From Anaerolineae bacterium (GTDB taxonomy: Bacteria > Chloroflexota > Anaerolineae > Anaerolineales > E44-bin32), in assembly GCA_011174845.1 (NCBI GenBank), contig DUEW01000015.1, forward strand, positions 1 through 56,520: a stretch of 56,520 bases of DNA. Direction: 5' to 3'. Made by a program: the position numbers and the translations under genes. Every line of letters begins with the position of its first letter. Positions within the stretch are counted from its first letter, which is position 1. Under the pieces are notes generated by a model, which saw only the letters and a program-made list of their open reading frames with translations, was not told the DNA's origin and searched no databases. Of the stretch, positions 9,878 to 19,961 are shown piece by piece.

Positions 9878-10726
9878 TTAGAGGTCAGTACAATAGGCCA
9901 ATCCAACTGTACCAGGTCCAGCATGAGTTCCGACCACCGGGGTAACCTCTGACCAAATCACTTCCATTGGGTTACACCGGTTTTTGGCTTCTTCAAGTAG
10001 GGCACGCGCATCTTGCTCCGCGGCTGCGTGCAACCCAGCGATACGAACGTTAGATTGTCCAGCGAGTCGTCCTTCGATGACCTCCAAGAGGCGCTTATAG
10101 GCTTTGTGCTTCGTTCGGATATTTTCAACAGCTTCAACCCGACCCTCTTGTAGTTCAAGTAGCGGTTTTAGGCTAAGAGCTGTGCCCAACAGACGTTTAG
10201 CACCGCCGATTCGACCGCCACGGTGTAAGAATTCGAGGGTATCGACGACGAACATCACCCCGGTGTGTTCGTGAGCCTTTCGCGCCAGCTCGACGACCTG
10301 CTCGAAGGTTTTTCCTTCTTCAACCGCCCTCGCAGCTGCTAACACTTGGAACCCCATTGACATGGCGACATCCAGCGAGTCGACCACCTCAATCGTGGCA
10401 TCGGGGAATAAAGCTTTTGCTTGTTCGGCCGAATTCATCGTAGCAGTAAGCTTACTCGATCCTACGATCGCTAGAATAGGACGTCCTTCAGCCACAAGAG
10501 GTTCAAAAATCTCCTTGAAACTTGCTAAAGTAGCTTGTGAGGTTGTGGGCATGAGCTTCGAGGTTTCCAAACGAGCATAGAACTCCTTAGGTGAGATATC
10601 TACACCGTCGAGGAATGTTTCCTCCCCCCAAATCAAGACCTGTGGAGCCACTTTAATATCATATTGATTGATAAGTTCTTCTGGCATCGAGGCCAAGCTA
10701 TCCGTGACAATTGCGATTCTAGACAT
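9878..10726 (-). CDS. DegV family fatty-acid-binding protein
   Basis: IAIVTDSLASMP..., SSKLTATMNSA, and FVVDTLEFLHRGGRIG are typical of DegV. The start is set at the ATG at 10726 (MSRIAIV), which follows a GGGAGGGAGGA RBS. The ORF track extends it to 10786. Confidence 0.9.
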   Translation of the reverse strand: MSRIAIVTDSLASMPEELINQYDIKVAPQVLIWGEETFLDGVDISPKEFYARLETSKLMPTTSQATLASFKEIFEPLVAEGRPILAIVGSSKLTATMNSAEQAKALFPDATIEVVDSLDVAMSMGFQVLAAARAVEEGKTFEQVVELARKAHEHTGVMFVVDTLEFLHRGGRIGGAKRLLGTALSLKPLLELQEGRVEAVENIRTKHKAYKRLLEVIEGRLAGQSNVRIAGLHAAAEQDARALLEEAKNRCNPMEVIWSEVTPVVGTHAGPGTVGLAYCTDL

Positions 10727-10810
10727 GCGTCCTCCCTCCCTCTTATGTATCTTAATGTTGTTCAATAGGTTTGAACCCCATGACAAATAGGAAGTTGCTT
10801 GTGTTGAGAT

Positions 10811-12535
10811 TCAGCCTCTTGTGCTTAACCACTCATACACACGATCGAAAGGCCAGCTATTTACCACCGACCCTGGACCGACCCAAGCTCGTCTCGCGAC
10901 ACCCACACCGTATTTTTGAAATGTAAAGTGTTCAGGATGATGAGCATCCGTGTTCACAGCAAGCAAGCAGCCCATTTCTACAGCCCGACGAGCGTGACCT
11001 TCACTCAAATCAAGTCGCTCAGGGAAGGCGTTAATACCTAAAGCCACTTGATGTTCAGCAGCTGCTTCCAGGATTGACTCCATATCCAAATCAGCAGGTT
11101 CTCGAATACCGATCAATCGGCCCGTCGGGTGCCCAATCATGTCTACATGAGGGTTGCGGATAGCTTTTAATAAACGGGCTGTGATTGTTTCTCGTGGTTG
11201 ACGAAGCGCGGTGTGTAATGAAGCAATGACCAGATCAAGCTCCGCCAAGATTTCGTCTGGATAATCCAAGCGGCCATCTGCGAGGATCTCTATTTCAACA
11301 CCATGTAGGATATGGATATCATCTCCCATCGATCGTTGGATTTCGTTTATTGCCATGCGTTGTTGTCTAATGCGATCAACGTCCAATCCCCTCGCCACCG
11401 CGAGACTTTGCGAGTGATCGGTGATCGCCAGGTACTGAAATCCAAATTCCTGGGCAGCCTCCACCATCTCCTTCAATGTGCTTGCCCCATCACTCCAATC
11501 GGTATGGACATGTAATTCACCAACCAGATCACTTTGAGTGAGCAACTGTGGAAGGCGATTTTCCATCGCGGCTTGAACCTCCCCGCGATCCTCCCGAAGT
11601 TCTGGTGGTATCCATGGCAACCCAAGGATCTGATAAACCTCCGCTTCCTCCGCGCAGGTAATTTCTGAATCGTCCTCTCTCTTGAAGCCATGTTCTGATA
11701 GCGAAAGCCCGAAACGTTTTGCTAACTCCCGCAGCCGTACATTATGGGCTTGTGAGCCGGTTGCGTATTGCAAAGCGGTGCCGAAACGAGATGGTGGATG
11801 TACCCACAATTGCGCCCGTAACCCATCATACAATTCAACGCTGATCTTAGTTTCACCGCGAGCGATTATCCTGATGACTTGTGGAAATTCGAGAAAGGCG
11901 TCCATCAAAGGACCTGCGTCTTCAGAGGCAGCGATCAGATCGAGATCCCCCACTGTCTCACGCCAACGCCTTAGACTCCCTGCAGCCTCTACTTTCACGA
12001 CAACTGGTAACTCTTGAAGGCTCGCAAGAAGACCTTGAGCGGTCTCCCATGCGTGATTGATTAACACGCGATCCGTTTGACGGCGTTTTAGAGCCTCCAG
12101 ACTTTCAAGAATACGCGCTTCCGAACGCTTACCCATACCACGAAGTTCGCGTAGCTTTCCCGCCTTTGCCGCAGCTTCGAGCTCATCGAGGGAAGTAATC
12201 CCTAATTCCTTCCAAAAACGAGCCGCTTTCTTAGGACCGACATCTCCGACCCGTAGCAAGTCGATCAGGCTTGGAGGGACCTCAGTCGTCAATTTCTCAT
12301 AGAACTCCAATCGTCCAGTGCGCAGCAGTTCATCAATCTTGCTTGAAATGGCCTTCCCCACCCCAGGAATTTCTTCAAGACCCCCCTCCCTCCACACATC
12401 TTCCACGCTTTGTCCGAGGGAACGCACGGTTTCACTCGCTCGTCGGTAGGCAAGGACGCGGTAGATCGGCTCTCCTTTTATCTCGAGCAAATCGGCGATA
12501 TTTTGGAAGATATTGGCTACCCCTCGATTATTCAC
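10811..12535 (-). CDS. polX: DNA polymerase X family protein with C-terminal PHP domain
   Basis: 574 aa. N-terminal HhH region (IFQNIADLLEIKGEPIYRVLAYRRA, IPGVGKAISSKI), a pol-beta nucleotidyltransferase core (GSLRRWRETVGDLDL), and PHP motifs (HVHTDWSDG, ITDHS). Confidence 0.9.
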   Translation of the reverse strand: MNNRGVANIFQNIADLLEIKGEPIYRVLAYRRASETVRSLGQSVEDVWREGGLEEIPGVGKAISSKIDELLRTGRLEFYEKLTTEVPPSLIDLLRVGDVGPKKAARFWKELGITSLDELEAAAKAGKLRELRGMGKRSEARILESLEALKRRQTDRVLINHAWETAQGLLASLQELPVVVKVEAAGSLRRWRETVGDLDLIAASEDAGPLMDAFLEFPQVIRIIARGETKISVELYDGLRAQLWVHPPSRFGTALQYATGSQAHNVRLRELAKRFGLSLSEHGFKREDDSEITCAEEAEVYQILGLPWIPPELREDRGEVQAAMENRLPQLLTQSDLVGELHVHTDWSDGASTLKEMVEAAQEFGFQYLAITDHSQSLAVARGLDVDRIRQQRMAINEIQRSMGDDIHILHGVEIEILADGRLDYPDEILAELDLVIASLHTALRQPRETITARLLKAIRNPHVDMIGHPTGRLIGIREPADLDMESILEAAAEHQVALGINAFPERLDLSEGHARRAVEMGCLLAVNTDAHHPEHFTFQKYGVGVARRAWVGPGSVVNSWPFDRVYEWLSTRG

Positions 12536-12682
12536 CTATTTACCTCCCTGAATATTCTACGCTAGGAAGTACTCGTTCATCTTCATTCTGAAGGAATGAC
12601 CCATTCTTCGTTGATCCGTTATATCAATCGATTATACCTAGTACTCATGCAAACAAGATGCGATGCAAAATAGCGTTTGATG

Positions 12683-12987
12683 CACCCTGAGCCTGCATTG
12701 TCCTGCCTGTCCCGAGCTTGTCGAGGGGAGCCTGTCGAAGGGTCGAAGAGCCTGTCCTGCCTGTCCCGAGCTTGTTGAATGGGGGATTCACCTTCACCCC
12801 CGCCCTCTCCCTGGTAGGGAGAGGGTGCCGATTCCCTCTTCCATTTGGGGAGAGGGAAAGGGTGAGGGGAGCTCGTCGAAGGATGCGTATTAAAGTTATG
12901 CATCATCCTTCGACCGACCTTGTCCTGAGCCTTGTCTTGCCTGTCCCGAGCATGTCGAGGGGACCCTGTCGAAGGGCTCAGGATGAC
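12683..12987. repeat. Cluster of short palindromic/dispersed repeats (GTCGAAGG / CCTGTCCCGAGC family plus CCCTCTCC-N-GGAGAGGG hairpins)
   Basis: The unit cctgcctgtcccgagc occurs three times: twice as cctgcctgtcccgagcttgt (from 12703 and 12757) and once as cctgcctgtcccgagcatgt (from 12937). A perfect 9-bp hairpin ccctctccc/gggagaggg lies at about 12806-12828. The 66-nt unit at 12683-12748 recurs inverted at 19896-19961 with a single mismatch. Confidence 0.8.
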
Positions 12988-13160
12988 TATTTTCTAACGG
13001 TGTCATCATTTTCATCATGATCCCGTACGAGTCGATCTGGTCCGATTTGGATAGAACAACGAGGGAAATTGTCTTAGTACCGATATACTACCCACTTTGA
13101 CCCAGTCCTACCCGAGTTTCATTGCTCTGAGTTACCCGTTATGTTATGCTTTGATGTGGG

Positions 13161-13568
13161 TTGACAATAACAAAGGCATTTCGATTGACCAAAATCACCT
13201 CACTTCAACCGATTGTAGTCTATCTGATCGAGCAGCACCCACTTGATTTACCCGAGACCGGCCCTCTTTTTCGCTGGCTGGAGTTGGACAACGATTTTAA
13301 ACGGGAGCTGGAAGGACTCATTGGCCCATTTGATGAGAACGATTTAACCATGCTCGTCGATAAACACCCCGCCGGTTCAGCATGGAAGCAGTTATTGAAA
13401 GGTTTACTCGACGAACAGATACAGATGGTCATCACCCATCTGGCTCCACTCTCATCAGCTCAGCGACAGCAATTGATCGGTATCTGCGCTCAAACCGGCG
13501 CGCAATTGATCACCCCTGGTGATGCAGGACGCAACCGTCTCGGAGAAGAACGAAGTCGTATCATTTGA
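13161..13568 (+). CDS. Hypothetical protein (135 aa; start uncertain, TTG)
   Basis: The ORF's stop overlaps the TTG start of the downstream PHP gene (tTTGa at 13565-13568). No recognisable motif and no clear RBS. Confidence 0.4.
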   Translation: MTITKAFRLTKITSLQPIVVYLIEQHPLDLPETGPLFRWLELDNDFKRELEGLIGPFDENDLTMLVDKHPAGSAWKQLLKGLLDEQIQMVITHLAPLSSAQRQQLIGICAQTGAQLITPGDAGRNRLGEERSRII

Positions 13569-14671
13569 GACGTTTCCACCTCTCCTCCCCGCGGAGACTT
13601 CAATTGATTTACGAGTACACTGGCAATTTACATGTACACACGTCTTATTCTGATGGTCATGCTACCCACGACCAGATAGCCCTCGCTGCCTTAAAGGCGA
13701 GGCTCGATTTCGTAGTCATCACCGATCATAATATCTGGACAGGCGGTTACGATGGATACCGCTACCTCGCCGACCGTAGAGTATTACTCCTCACTGGAGA
13801 GGAGATCCACGATCAGGCTCGCGAACCTCAAAAGAATCACCTGCTCGTTTTCGAGACCCATCAAGAACTTGCCCCCTATGCGCGAGAGCCCCAACGGCTG
13901 ATCAACAAGGTGAAGGGGGTCGGAGGTCTGTCTTTTATCGCGCACCCGGTCGATCCTGCCGCTCCCTCCATAGGTGAACCTGATCTTTCATGGGCGGATT
14001 GGGATGTCCACGGTTTCACCGGTCTCGAAATATGGAACTATATGAGTGAGTTTAAATCCCGTCTCAAGTCCATCCCAAGGGCGATTTTCTACGCTTACAA
14101 TCCGACCCTCACTGCTATGGGACCTTTTCCCGAGGTTCTCGAGCGTTGGGATCAGCTTTTAGCCGATGGCAAACGGGTGGTCGCAATCGGTGGTTCAGAT
14201 GCACACGCCACACCCATTCGCAAAGGTCCATTGTTCAGAGTGATTCTCCCTTACGAATGGCTTTTCAAAGCAGTCAACACCCATGTTCTGACCAAAGATC
14301 CGCTGACAGGAGATGCAGAACACGATCGGAAACGATTGTTTAATAACCTGGAACGTGGAAACTGCTTCGTCGGTTTTGATCTTCCAGCTTCAACAAAGGG
14401 GTTTCGCTTCACCGCTCAAGGAGATGGATCGCAGGCGATCATGGGCGAGACGATTACCGCACGTTTCGGCGTCACACTACAGGTGAAGCTGCCGAGCCGA
14501 GCCGATATTTTACTCCTACGAAATGGGGAACAAATCCGACAGTGGGAAGACAGTGAAGCAGCGGTACATACGGTGATCGAGCCCGGTGCTTATCGCGTCG
14601 AAGTTTACCGCTTCTTTCAAGGTAAGCAACGAGGCTGGATCTTCAGCAATCCAATTTTTGTAGCCAATTGA
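13565..14671 (+). CDS. PHP-domain metallohydrolase (CehA/McbA-like)
   Basis: 368 aa. Motifs: GNLHVHTSYSDGH, FVVITDHN, FIAHP, GGSDAH. Confidence 0.75.
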   Translation: MRRFHLSSPRRLQLIYEYTGNLHVHTSYSDGHATHDQIALAALKARLDFVVITDHNIWTGGYDGYRYLADRRVLLLTGEEIHDQAREPQKNHLLVFETHQELAPYAREPQRLINKVKGVGGLSFIAHPVDPAAPSIGEPDLSWADWDVHGFTGLEIWNYMSEFKSRLKSIPRAIFYAYNPTLTAMGPFPEVLERWDQLLADGKRVVAIGGSDAHATPIRKGPLFRVILPYEWLFKAVNTHVLTKDPLTGDAEHDRKRLFNNLERGNCFVGFDLPASTKGFRFTAQGDGSQAIMGETITARFGVTLQVKLPSRADILLLRNGEQIRQWEDSEAAVHTVIEPGAYRVEVYRFFQGKQRGWIFSNPIFVAN

Positions 14672-14863
14672 ATTTCTTCGTTTAGCATACTTGGGGGATA
14701 TAAAAAAACACCACACGATAACAATCCACAATCTTTTTGACTCTTACTAAAACATCATGATCATCCTCGAAATTTGTTCCGTGACTGCGAAACAAAACCG
14801 AATTGCAGTATTGTTCCATGATACAATATCAGCCCATTTGTTCGATTGTTAAGTGGGGGCCTC

Positions 14864-16900
14864 ATGATCGAATTCAAACTTCATGCCCCATATAAACCGA
14901 CAGGTGATCAGCCTGAGGCGATAGAACAGCTCATCCTCGGCCTAGAGCGAGGAGACCATCACCAGGTGCTTCTAGGCGCGACTGGCACTGGTAAGACCTT
15001 CACGATCGCCTCCGTCATCGAACGTGTTCAGCGTCCCACCCTGGTGTTGGCTCATAACAAGACGCTCGCTGCACAACTCTACGCCGAATTCAAAGGCTTT
15101 TTCCCCGAAAACGCTGTCGAGTACTTTGTCTCTTATTATGATTACTACCAACCAGAGGCTTACGTCCCTCGCCATGATCTCTATATCGAAAAAGAGACCG
15201 AGGTCAACGAGGAGATCGAGCGGCTGCGCTTATCAACGACTACTTCTGTGATTTCGCGCTCCGATGTGATTGTCGTTGCATCCGTATCCAGCATCTATGG
15301 CATCGGCAATCCTGAGGCCTACGGTCGTGTGGTTCTCGATCTCAAAGTGGGGGGCCTATATCGCAGGGGGGCAGTACTGCGTCAATTGGTTGAGAGCCAC
15401 TATGAACGGAACGACTTAGAACTGAAACCTGGTGCATTTCGCGTCCGAGGTGACACACTGGAGGTTCTACCCGCCTACGGTGAACATGGTCTCCGGATCA
15501 GTTTCTTCGATGATGAGATTGAGCGAATCACTGAATTCGACGCGCTCACCGGCGAACTTTTAACCGACAGAGGAGAAGTGAGTATCTTCCCCGCTAAACA
15601 TTTCATCACCGAAGAGGAAAAACTAAAAATAGCCATTGACGATATTCACGTCGAACTTACCGAACGATTAGAGCACTTCAAATCTCATGAAAAGTACCTC
15701 GAAGCACAACGGCTCGAACAGCGAACTCTCTACGATCTTGAGATGTTACAGGAGGTCGGTTATTGCTCTGGGATCGAAAACTACTCACGCCATCTAGATC
15801 AACGACCAGTCGGATCACCCCCTTGGACGTTGATGGATTACTTCCCACCGAATTTTCTCCTCGTCATCGATGAGAGCCACATGACGATCCCCCAAGTTCG
15901 AGGGATGTACGCTGGTGATCGTTCGCGAAAAGAAACCTTGGTCGAGTACGGTTTCCGCCTGCCTTCAGCACTTGATAACCGACCTCTCTCTTTTGAGGAG
16001 TTTGAAGCCCGCACAAGTCAAGTGCTCTATACTTCCGCCACGCCAGGACCCTACGAGTTGAAGATCGCTTCACAAGTCGTCGAGCAAATCATTCGGCCAA
16101 CGGGTCTAGTTGATCCCGAGGTGGAAGTTCGACCAGTAGAAGGCCAGATCGACGATTTGGTCATCGAGATCCGAAGCCGTGTGGATAACGGTCAACGAGT
16201 CTTGGTCACCACCCTCACCAAGCGCATGGCGGAGGATCTTTCGGACTATCTACTCGAGTTAGGAGTCAAGGTTCATTACCTCCACTCAGAGATAGACCCC
16301 CTCGATCGGGTAGGTATTCTGCGGGATCTACGGTTAGGCGTATTCGATGTTGTCGTCGGCATTAATCTCCTGCGTGAGGGTCTTGACCTTCCAGAGGTGT
16401 CCCTGGTCGCGATTCTCGACGCCGACAAAGAGGGATTCCTTCGTTCCGGCACCGCGTTGATCCAAACGATCGGACGGGCAGCCCGGCACGTAAACGGGAA
16501 GGTGATCATGTATGCTGATGCGGTCACCGATTCCATGCGTCGTGCGATCGATGAGACCGAGCGACGACGAGTAAAACAAAACACTTATAACGAAACCCAT
16601 GGCATCGAACCGGCTAGCATCATTAAGGAGATTCACGATCTGACCGATCAAGTTGCTGCTCGCACAGTTGCCGAGGAGGCTGCAGAATATCGAACCTTCA
16701 CACCCGCCCAAATGCCCAAAGATGAATTGTCGCGCTTGATCAAGGAACTGGAGCGACAAATGCAGGCTGCTGCAGAAGGGCTCGAGTTTGAGAAAGCTGC
16801 CAGTCTTCGCGATCAGATTTTTGACCTACGTCAGGTTCTTGCTGAAAAGCAGGATCTTCCCCCATGGAAACGCGCGCGTGTATTGGCGGGAGAAAGTTGA
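14864..16900 (+). CDS. uvrB: Excinuclease ABC subunit B
   Basis: Motifs: [40 protein letters not shown], and a C-terminal UVR domain ([13 protein letters not shown]). The start is taken at the ATG at 14864 (MIEFKL); the ORF track starts at a TTG at 14846. Confidence 0.95.
   Translation: MIEFKLHAPYKPTGDQPEAIEQLILGLERGDHHQVLLGATGTGKTFTIASVIERVQRPTLVLAHNKTLAAQLYAEFKGFFPENAVEYFVSYYDYYQPEAYVPRHDLYIEKETEVNEEIERLRLSTTTSVISRSDVIVVASVSSIYGIGNPEAYGRVVLDLKVGGLYRRGAVLRQLVESHYERNDLELKPGAFRVRGDTLEVLPAYGEHGLRISFFDDEIERITEFDALTGELLTDRGEVSIFPAKHFITEEEKLKIAIDDIHVELTERLEHFKSHEKYLEAQRLEQRTLYDLEMLQEVGYCSGIENYSRHLDQRPVGSPPWTLMDYFPPNFLLVIDESHMTIPQVRGMYAGDRSRKETLVEYGFRLPSALDNRPLSFEEFEARTSQVLYTSATPGPYELKIASQVVEQIIRPTGLVDPEVEVRPVEGQIDDLVIEIRSRVDNGQRVLVTTLTKRMAEDLSDYLLELGVKVHYLHSEIDPLDRVGILRDLRLGVFDVVVGINLLREGLDLPEVSLVAILDADKEGFLRSGTALIQTIGRAARHVNGKVIMYADAVTDSMRRAIDETERRRVKQNTYNETHGIEPASIIKEIHDLTDQVAARTVAEEAAEYRTFTPAQMPKDELSRLIKELERQMQAAAEGLEFEKAASLRDQIFDLRQVLAEKQDLPPWKRARVLAGES
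16853..16900 (+). repeat. Direct repeat copy 1: the functional last 15 codons plus stop of uvrB
   Basis: gatcttcccccatggaaacgcgcgcgtgtattggcgggagaaagttga encodes [16 protein letters not shown] 20-nt core atcttcccccatggaaacgc is identical to 18016-18035. Confidence 0.85.
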
Positions 16901-16909
16901 TCAAGACGT

Positions 16910-17908
16910 TTGAAAAGGAATAGAATACAAGAGCTCGATTTCCTTAGAAGTCTCGCCGTTCTGCTACTCCTGGTCCACCATTCAGGTGTCTACCAGTACC
17001 AAATCGGCTCATTCCCTCTAATTACCTTATCGAAATATATAAACCACCTTTTGTTGGGTGCCTTTGTTTTTATTTCCGGTTATCTCACTTCGATAACGCT
17101 TTACCAACGGAAGATTACTGACCTACCTACCTTTTATCTATCAAGATTAATTAGGTTATACATCCCTTATCTTGTGGCTCTTTTTCTCTTTATCTTCCTC
17201 CTTGAAATCCAGATTCCATCTCGAGAGTTGATCATCCAAGTATTGGGACTTCAAATTCTCCTCTCACCTAGATATTCCGATCCCGTGCTAACCCTTTGGT
17301 TTATCAGCCTACTAATAATCTTTCTTTCCATCACGCCCATTCTGATCGTCTCTATTAAGAAAATCGCTCGCTTATTCACTGCCTACCTCATCGTCTTCAT
17401 AATCTCAATCCTGATACACAATGGCTTTGAGATCATCGATTTACGCTTCATCTATTTGTTTCCAACCTTCGCAATCGGAAGCCTGATCGGAGGCGCACAG
17501 GGTCTTCCTGCGATGAGAACATCGAATTGGCTTCTCATCGGAAGTTTTATTGGGCTGATCCTTGGAATATATATGCTTTCCTTCAGTGACCGCCACTATA
17601 TTCCCGATCTTGATCTGCGCCACGTATTCTGGTCGACACTCTACATCCTTTCGTCAATCATCCTTATATTCCGAGTCACTCCGTTGTTTCTACATTTCCG
17701 GATCACCCAGAAACTCGTCCTTTTCATAGCCATAGGTTCTTATTTCACCTACCTATATCACCGACCGCTATGGAGAATCCTGAATAACATCTTTGGAATT
17801 CAAGGGGGCGAGATCGAAGCCCTGGTCAACCTCATAAGTACTCCTCTCGTTTTATCCTTCACCATTATCCTCCAAAACCTCTATGGAAAGTTTTTACTAA
17901 GAAGATAA
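16910..17908 (+). CDS. Acyltransferase family 3 (O-acyltransferase-like) integral membrane protein
   Basis: 332 aa and about 10 TM helices. The N-terminal signature ELDFLRSLAVLLLLVHH is typical of acyltransferase_3. GC is visibly lower: about 40-42% in two sampled 60-nt lines, against 63% in one sampled uvrB line. TTG start. Confidence 0.75.
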   Translation: MKRNRIQELDFLRSLAVLLLLVHHSGVYQYQIGSFPLITLSKYINHLLLGAFVFISGYLTSITLYQRKITDLPTFYLSRLIRLYIPYLVALFLFIFLLEIQIPSRELIIQVLGLQILLSPRYSDPVLTLWFISLLIIFLSITPILIVSIKKIARLFTAYLIVFIISILIHNGFEIIDLRFIYLFPTFAIGSLIGGAQGLPAMRTSNWLLIGSFIGLILGIYMLSFSDRHYIPDLDLRHVFWSTLYILSSIILIFRVTPLFLHFRITQKLVLFIAIGSYFTYLYHRPLWRILNNIFGIQGGEIEALVNLISTPLVLSFTIILQNLYGKFLLRR

Positions 17909-18014
17909 TCCAACCATCATCCCATCAATCCCATCAAAGTTTTATAAATCTTGAATCTTGCAGCCGAGAACTTCAAACACGAGATTTACGGTTCCCTCAG
18001 GCATTTTTTTTTAG

Positions 18015-18062
18015 CATCTTCCCCCATGGAAACGCACCAGAGTCTTGGCCGGCGAAGATTAG
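18015..18062 (+). pseudogene. Relic copy of the uvrB 3' end (direct repeat copy 2)
   Basis: catcttcccccatggaaacgcaccagagtcttggccggcgaagattag reads HLPPWKRTRVLAGED* and is preceded by an in-frame TAG. It matches copy 1 at 36/48 nt and 12/15 aa. Confidence 0.8.
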
Positions 18063-18208
18063 CCGCTCTTGGAAAATGTTTGAGAAAGCTCTCCTCATTC
18101 CACATTAAGTTTTACTATTCGTTTTTCTAAACCTCATGATAAATAAAAAGAGACAACGGTATACGTCGTCCCTGATTTCATATCTTGACCACTTACAAGG
18201 GCTAGGGT

Positions 18209-19207
18209 TTATATCCGACCATAACTTTGAAGCAGTTTAATGTAACTTGATCTCTCAAACGCCGTCGGTTCGACATAACTCTCTAGACTTAGCGCACCCT
18301 TTATACTTCCGAGGGAGTCAATCTCTAGCTCATCCATGCGTGACTCTGTGCTCTCTACAAGTTCGTTAATCTTCTCGACACCCTCCCCAAGTAAAACCGA
18401 ACATACATTCGCGATATCTGCTCCAGCCATGACCGCCTTGAGAACGGCATCTGCTGAATGTATGCCACTTGTTAGGGCAAAGGAGCAATCTACCTGGCCA
18501 AAAAGGATGGCGATCCAACGAAGTGGAAGGAGGATATCCTCAGGTTTGCTCAGCGTGATGCTAGGCTGGATTTCCCTTCGCTCCACATTAATATCCGGCT
18601 GGTAAAAACGATTGAATAACACAAGCGCATTTGCCCCTGTTTCATCTAAACGGACGGCAAAATTCGGAAGGGCCGTAAAAAATGGGCTGAGCTTTACCGC
18701 AATTGGAATTTCCACCATCTTCTTCACCGACTTCAGGATGTCAAGATAGATGGTCTCGATATCCAAGCCAAGAAGGGTGTCTGCTGTGGGAATGAAATAG
18801 AAGTTCAATTCCAAACCATCGGCACCTGCCTGCTCGATTTGTTTGGCAAATTCAAGCCAACCACCTTTGCTCGTTCCGTTCATGCTGGCGATGATTGGGA
18901 TATCGACGGCTTCTTTCGCTTTCCGAATATGATCTACATAAGCTTCGGGATCTCGAGGATACTCATGTCGATGAGGGAAATAAACACTCGCATCCGCAAG
19001 GCTGAGAGCGCCACTGCTCAGCATGCTCGAGAACTCGCCAGTCTCCAAAGCAATTTGTTCCTCAAAGAGTGAGTACAAGACCACGGCAGCTGCACCCGCA
19101 TCCTCCATCTTTTTAATACCGCTGATTTCACGAGATATTGGCGAAGCAGAAGGAACGATCGGGTTTTTTAATTCCAATCCCATATATGAAGTTCGAATAT
19201 CAGCCAT
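18209..19207 (-). CDS. Dihydroorotate dehydrogenase-like (class 1 DHOD fold) protein
   Basis: MADIRTSYMGLELKNPIVPSASP..., a TIM-barrel flavoenzyme pattern (IIASMNG, GADGLELNF, VKLSP). The start is set at the ATG at 19207, preceded by a GGAGGAAAA RBS. The ORF track runs to 19264. Confidence 0.8.
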   Translation of the reverse strand: MADIRTSYMGLELKNPIVPSASPISREISGIKKMEDAGAAAVVLYSLFEEQIALETGEFSSMLSSGALSLADASVYFPHRHEYPRDPEAYVDHIRKAKEAVDIPIIASMNGTSKGGWLEFAKQIEQAGADGLELNFYFIPTADTLLGLDIETIYLDILKSVKKMVEIPIAVKLSPFFTALPNFAVRLDETGANALVLFNRFYQPDINVERREIQPSITLSKPEDILLPLRWIAILFGQVDCSFALTSGIHSADAVLKAVMAGADIANVCSVLLGEGVEKINELVESTESRMDELEIDSLGSIKGALSLESYVEPTAFERSSYIKLLQSYGRI

Positions 19208-19538
19208 GTTTTCCTCCATGAAAAATCGATGCCGAAAAGGTAAGTTGAATGACTGTCCCTGCAAAAGAGAAAAGGACCGTCATCCATGAGATAGGTTCAA
19301 GGATTATAAAACACGATTTAACATCATGACAACATCAATTCATTCTCAACATCGTAGATCCCGGTTTCCAATCATCGATTGCAAACACATCCCAATGGGG
19401 AAGCGTAGCTCGATACTTCAACCTCCACGCTCAGACTGTACATTAGACTCAACTCCGAGCCTCGATGTTGTAAATCGCTGAAGGCATGAATAGATACCTT
19501 CGTGTATTTTTTTATAAGTGCGGACACGGGAAAACAAA

Positions 19539-19582
19539 GCGCCCCTGATGCGATTCGAACACACAACCGTCGGATTAGAAGT
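19539..19582 (-). pseudogene. Orphan 3' half of a tRNA-Arg(UCU)-like gene (anticodon loop to acceptor end)
   Basis: The minus strand reads ACTTCTAATCCGACGGTTGTGTGTTCGAATCGCATCAGGGGCGC. That gives loop CTTCTAA, T-arm GTGTG-TTCGAAT-CGCAT and acceptor CAGGGGC. It is about 70% identical to the 3' half of the intact tRNA at 26794-26867. No matching 5' half lies adjacent. Confidence 0.55.
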
Positions 19583-19824
19583 TCATCCGAGGTTTTGGCC
19601 GAGTCACGAACGGAGGACTATCTGTTGAAGCGATTCTAATGGTGAGCTCTTCTCTTTATCTATTCGACTTCCGGTTTACCTCGAGGCAACAATAATCTTT
19701 GCAACTAACAGTATTGCTCACCGTTCCAACCCGCATCTTCATGACAGGTTATGGATCTATCGTAAAAAGCTGGATTTATTATTCGTGCTCTACTACGATG
19801 AAAACGATGGATCCTAAAACGAAA

Positions 19825-19961
19825 GTCATCCCGAGCCCTTCGGCAAGCTCAGGACAAAGCTTGTCGAAGGATGACGGATAACTTTGGTGCGCACCCTTCG
19901 ACCCTTCGACAGACTCCCCTCGACAAGCTCGGGACAGGCAGGACAATGCAGGCTCAGGGTG
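19825..19961. repeat. Palindromic element plus inverted copy of the 12683-12748 repeat
   Basis: 19825-19875 (gtcatcccgag...cgaaggatgac) is a hairpin with gtcatcc/ggatgac termini. 19896-19961 is the reverse complement of 12683-12748 with one mismatch in 66 nt. Confidence 0.8.

Noticed and set aside
12683-12987. A possible CRISPR array
   Set aside because: The repeat units are irregular in length and spacing and partly palindromic with each other. There is no constant repeat/spacer periodicity and no cas genes in the window.
12619-13020. ORFs of 95 aa (-) and 100 aa (+) across the repeat cluster
   Set aside because: Their translations are just read-through of the palindromic repeats (PSTS.., GEGGGEG..). 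Both strands are open for the same reason, so I treat the region as repeats and not genes.
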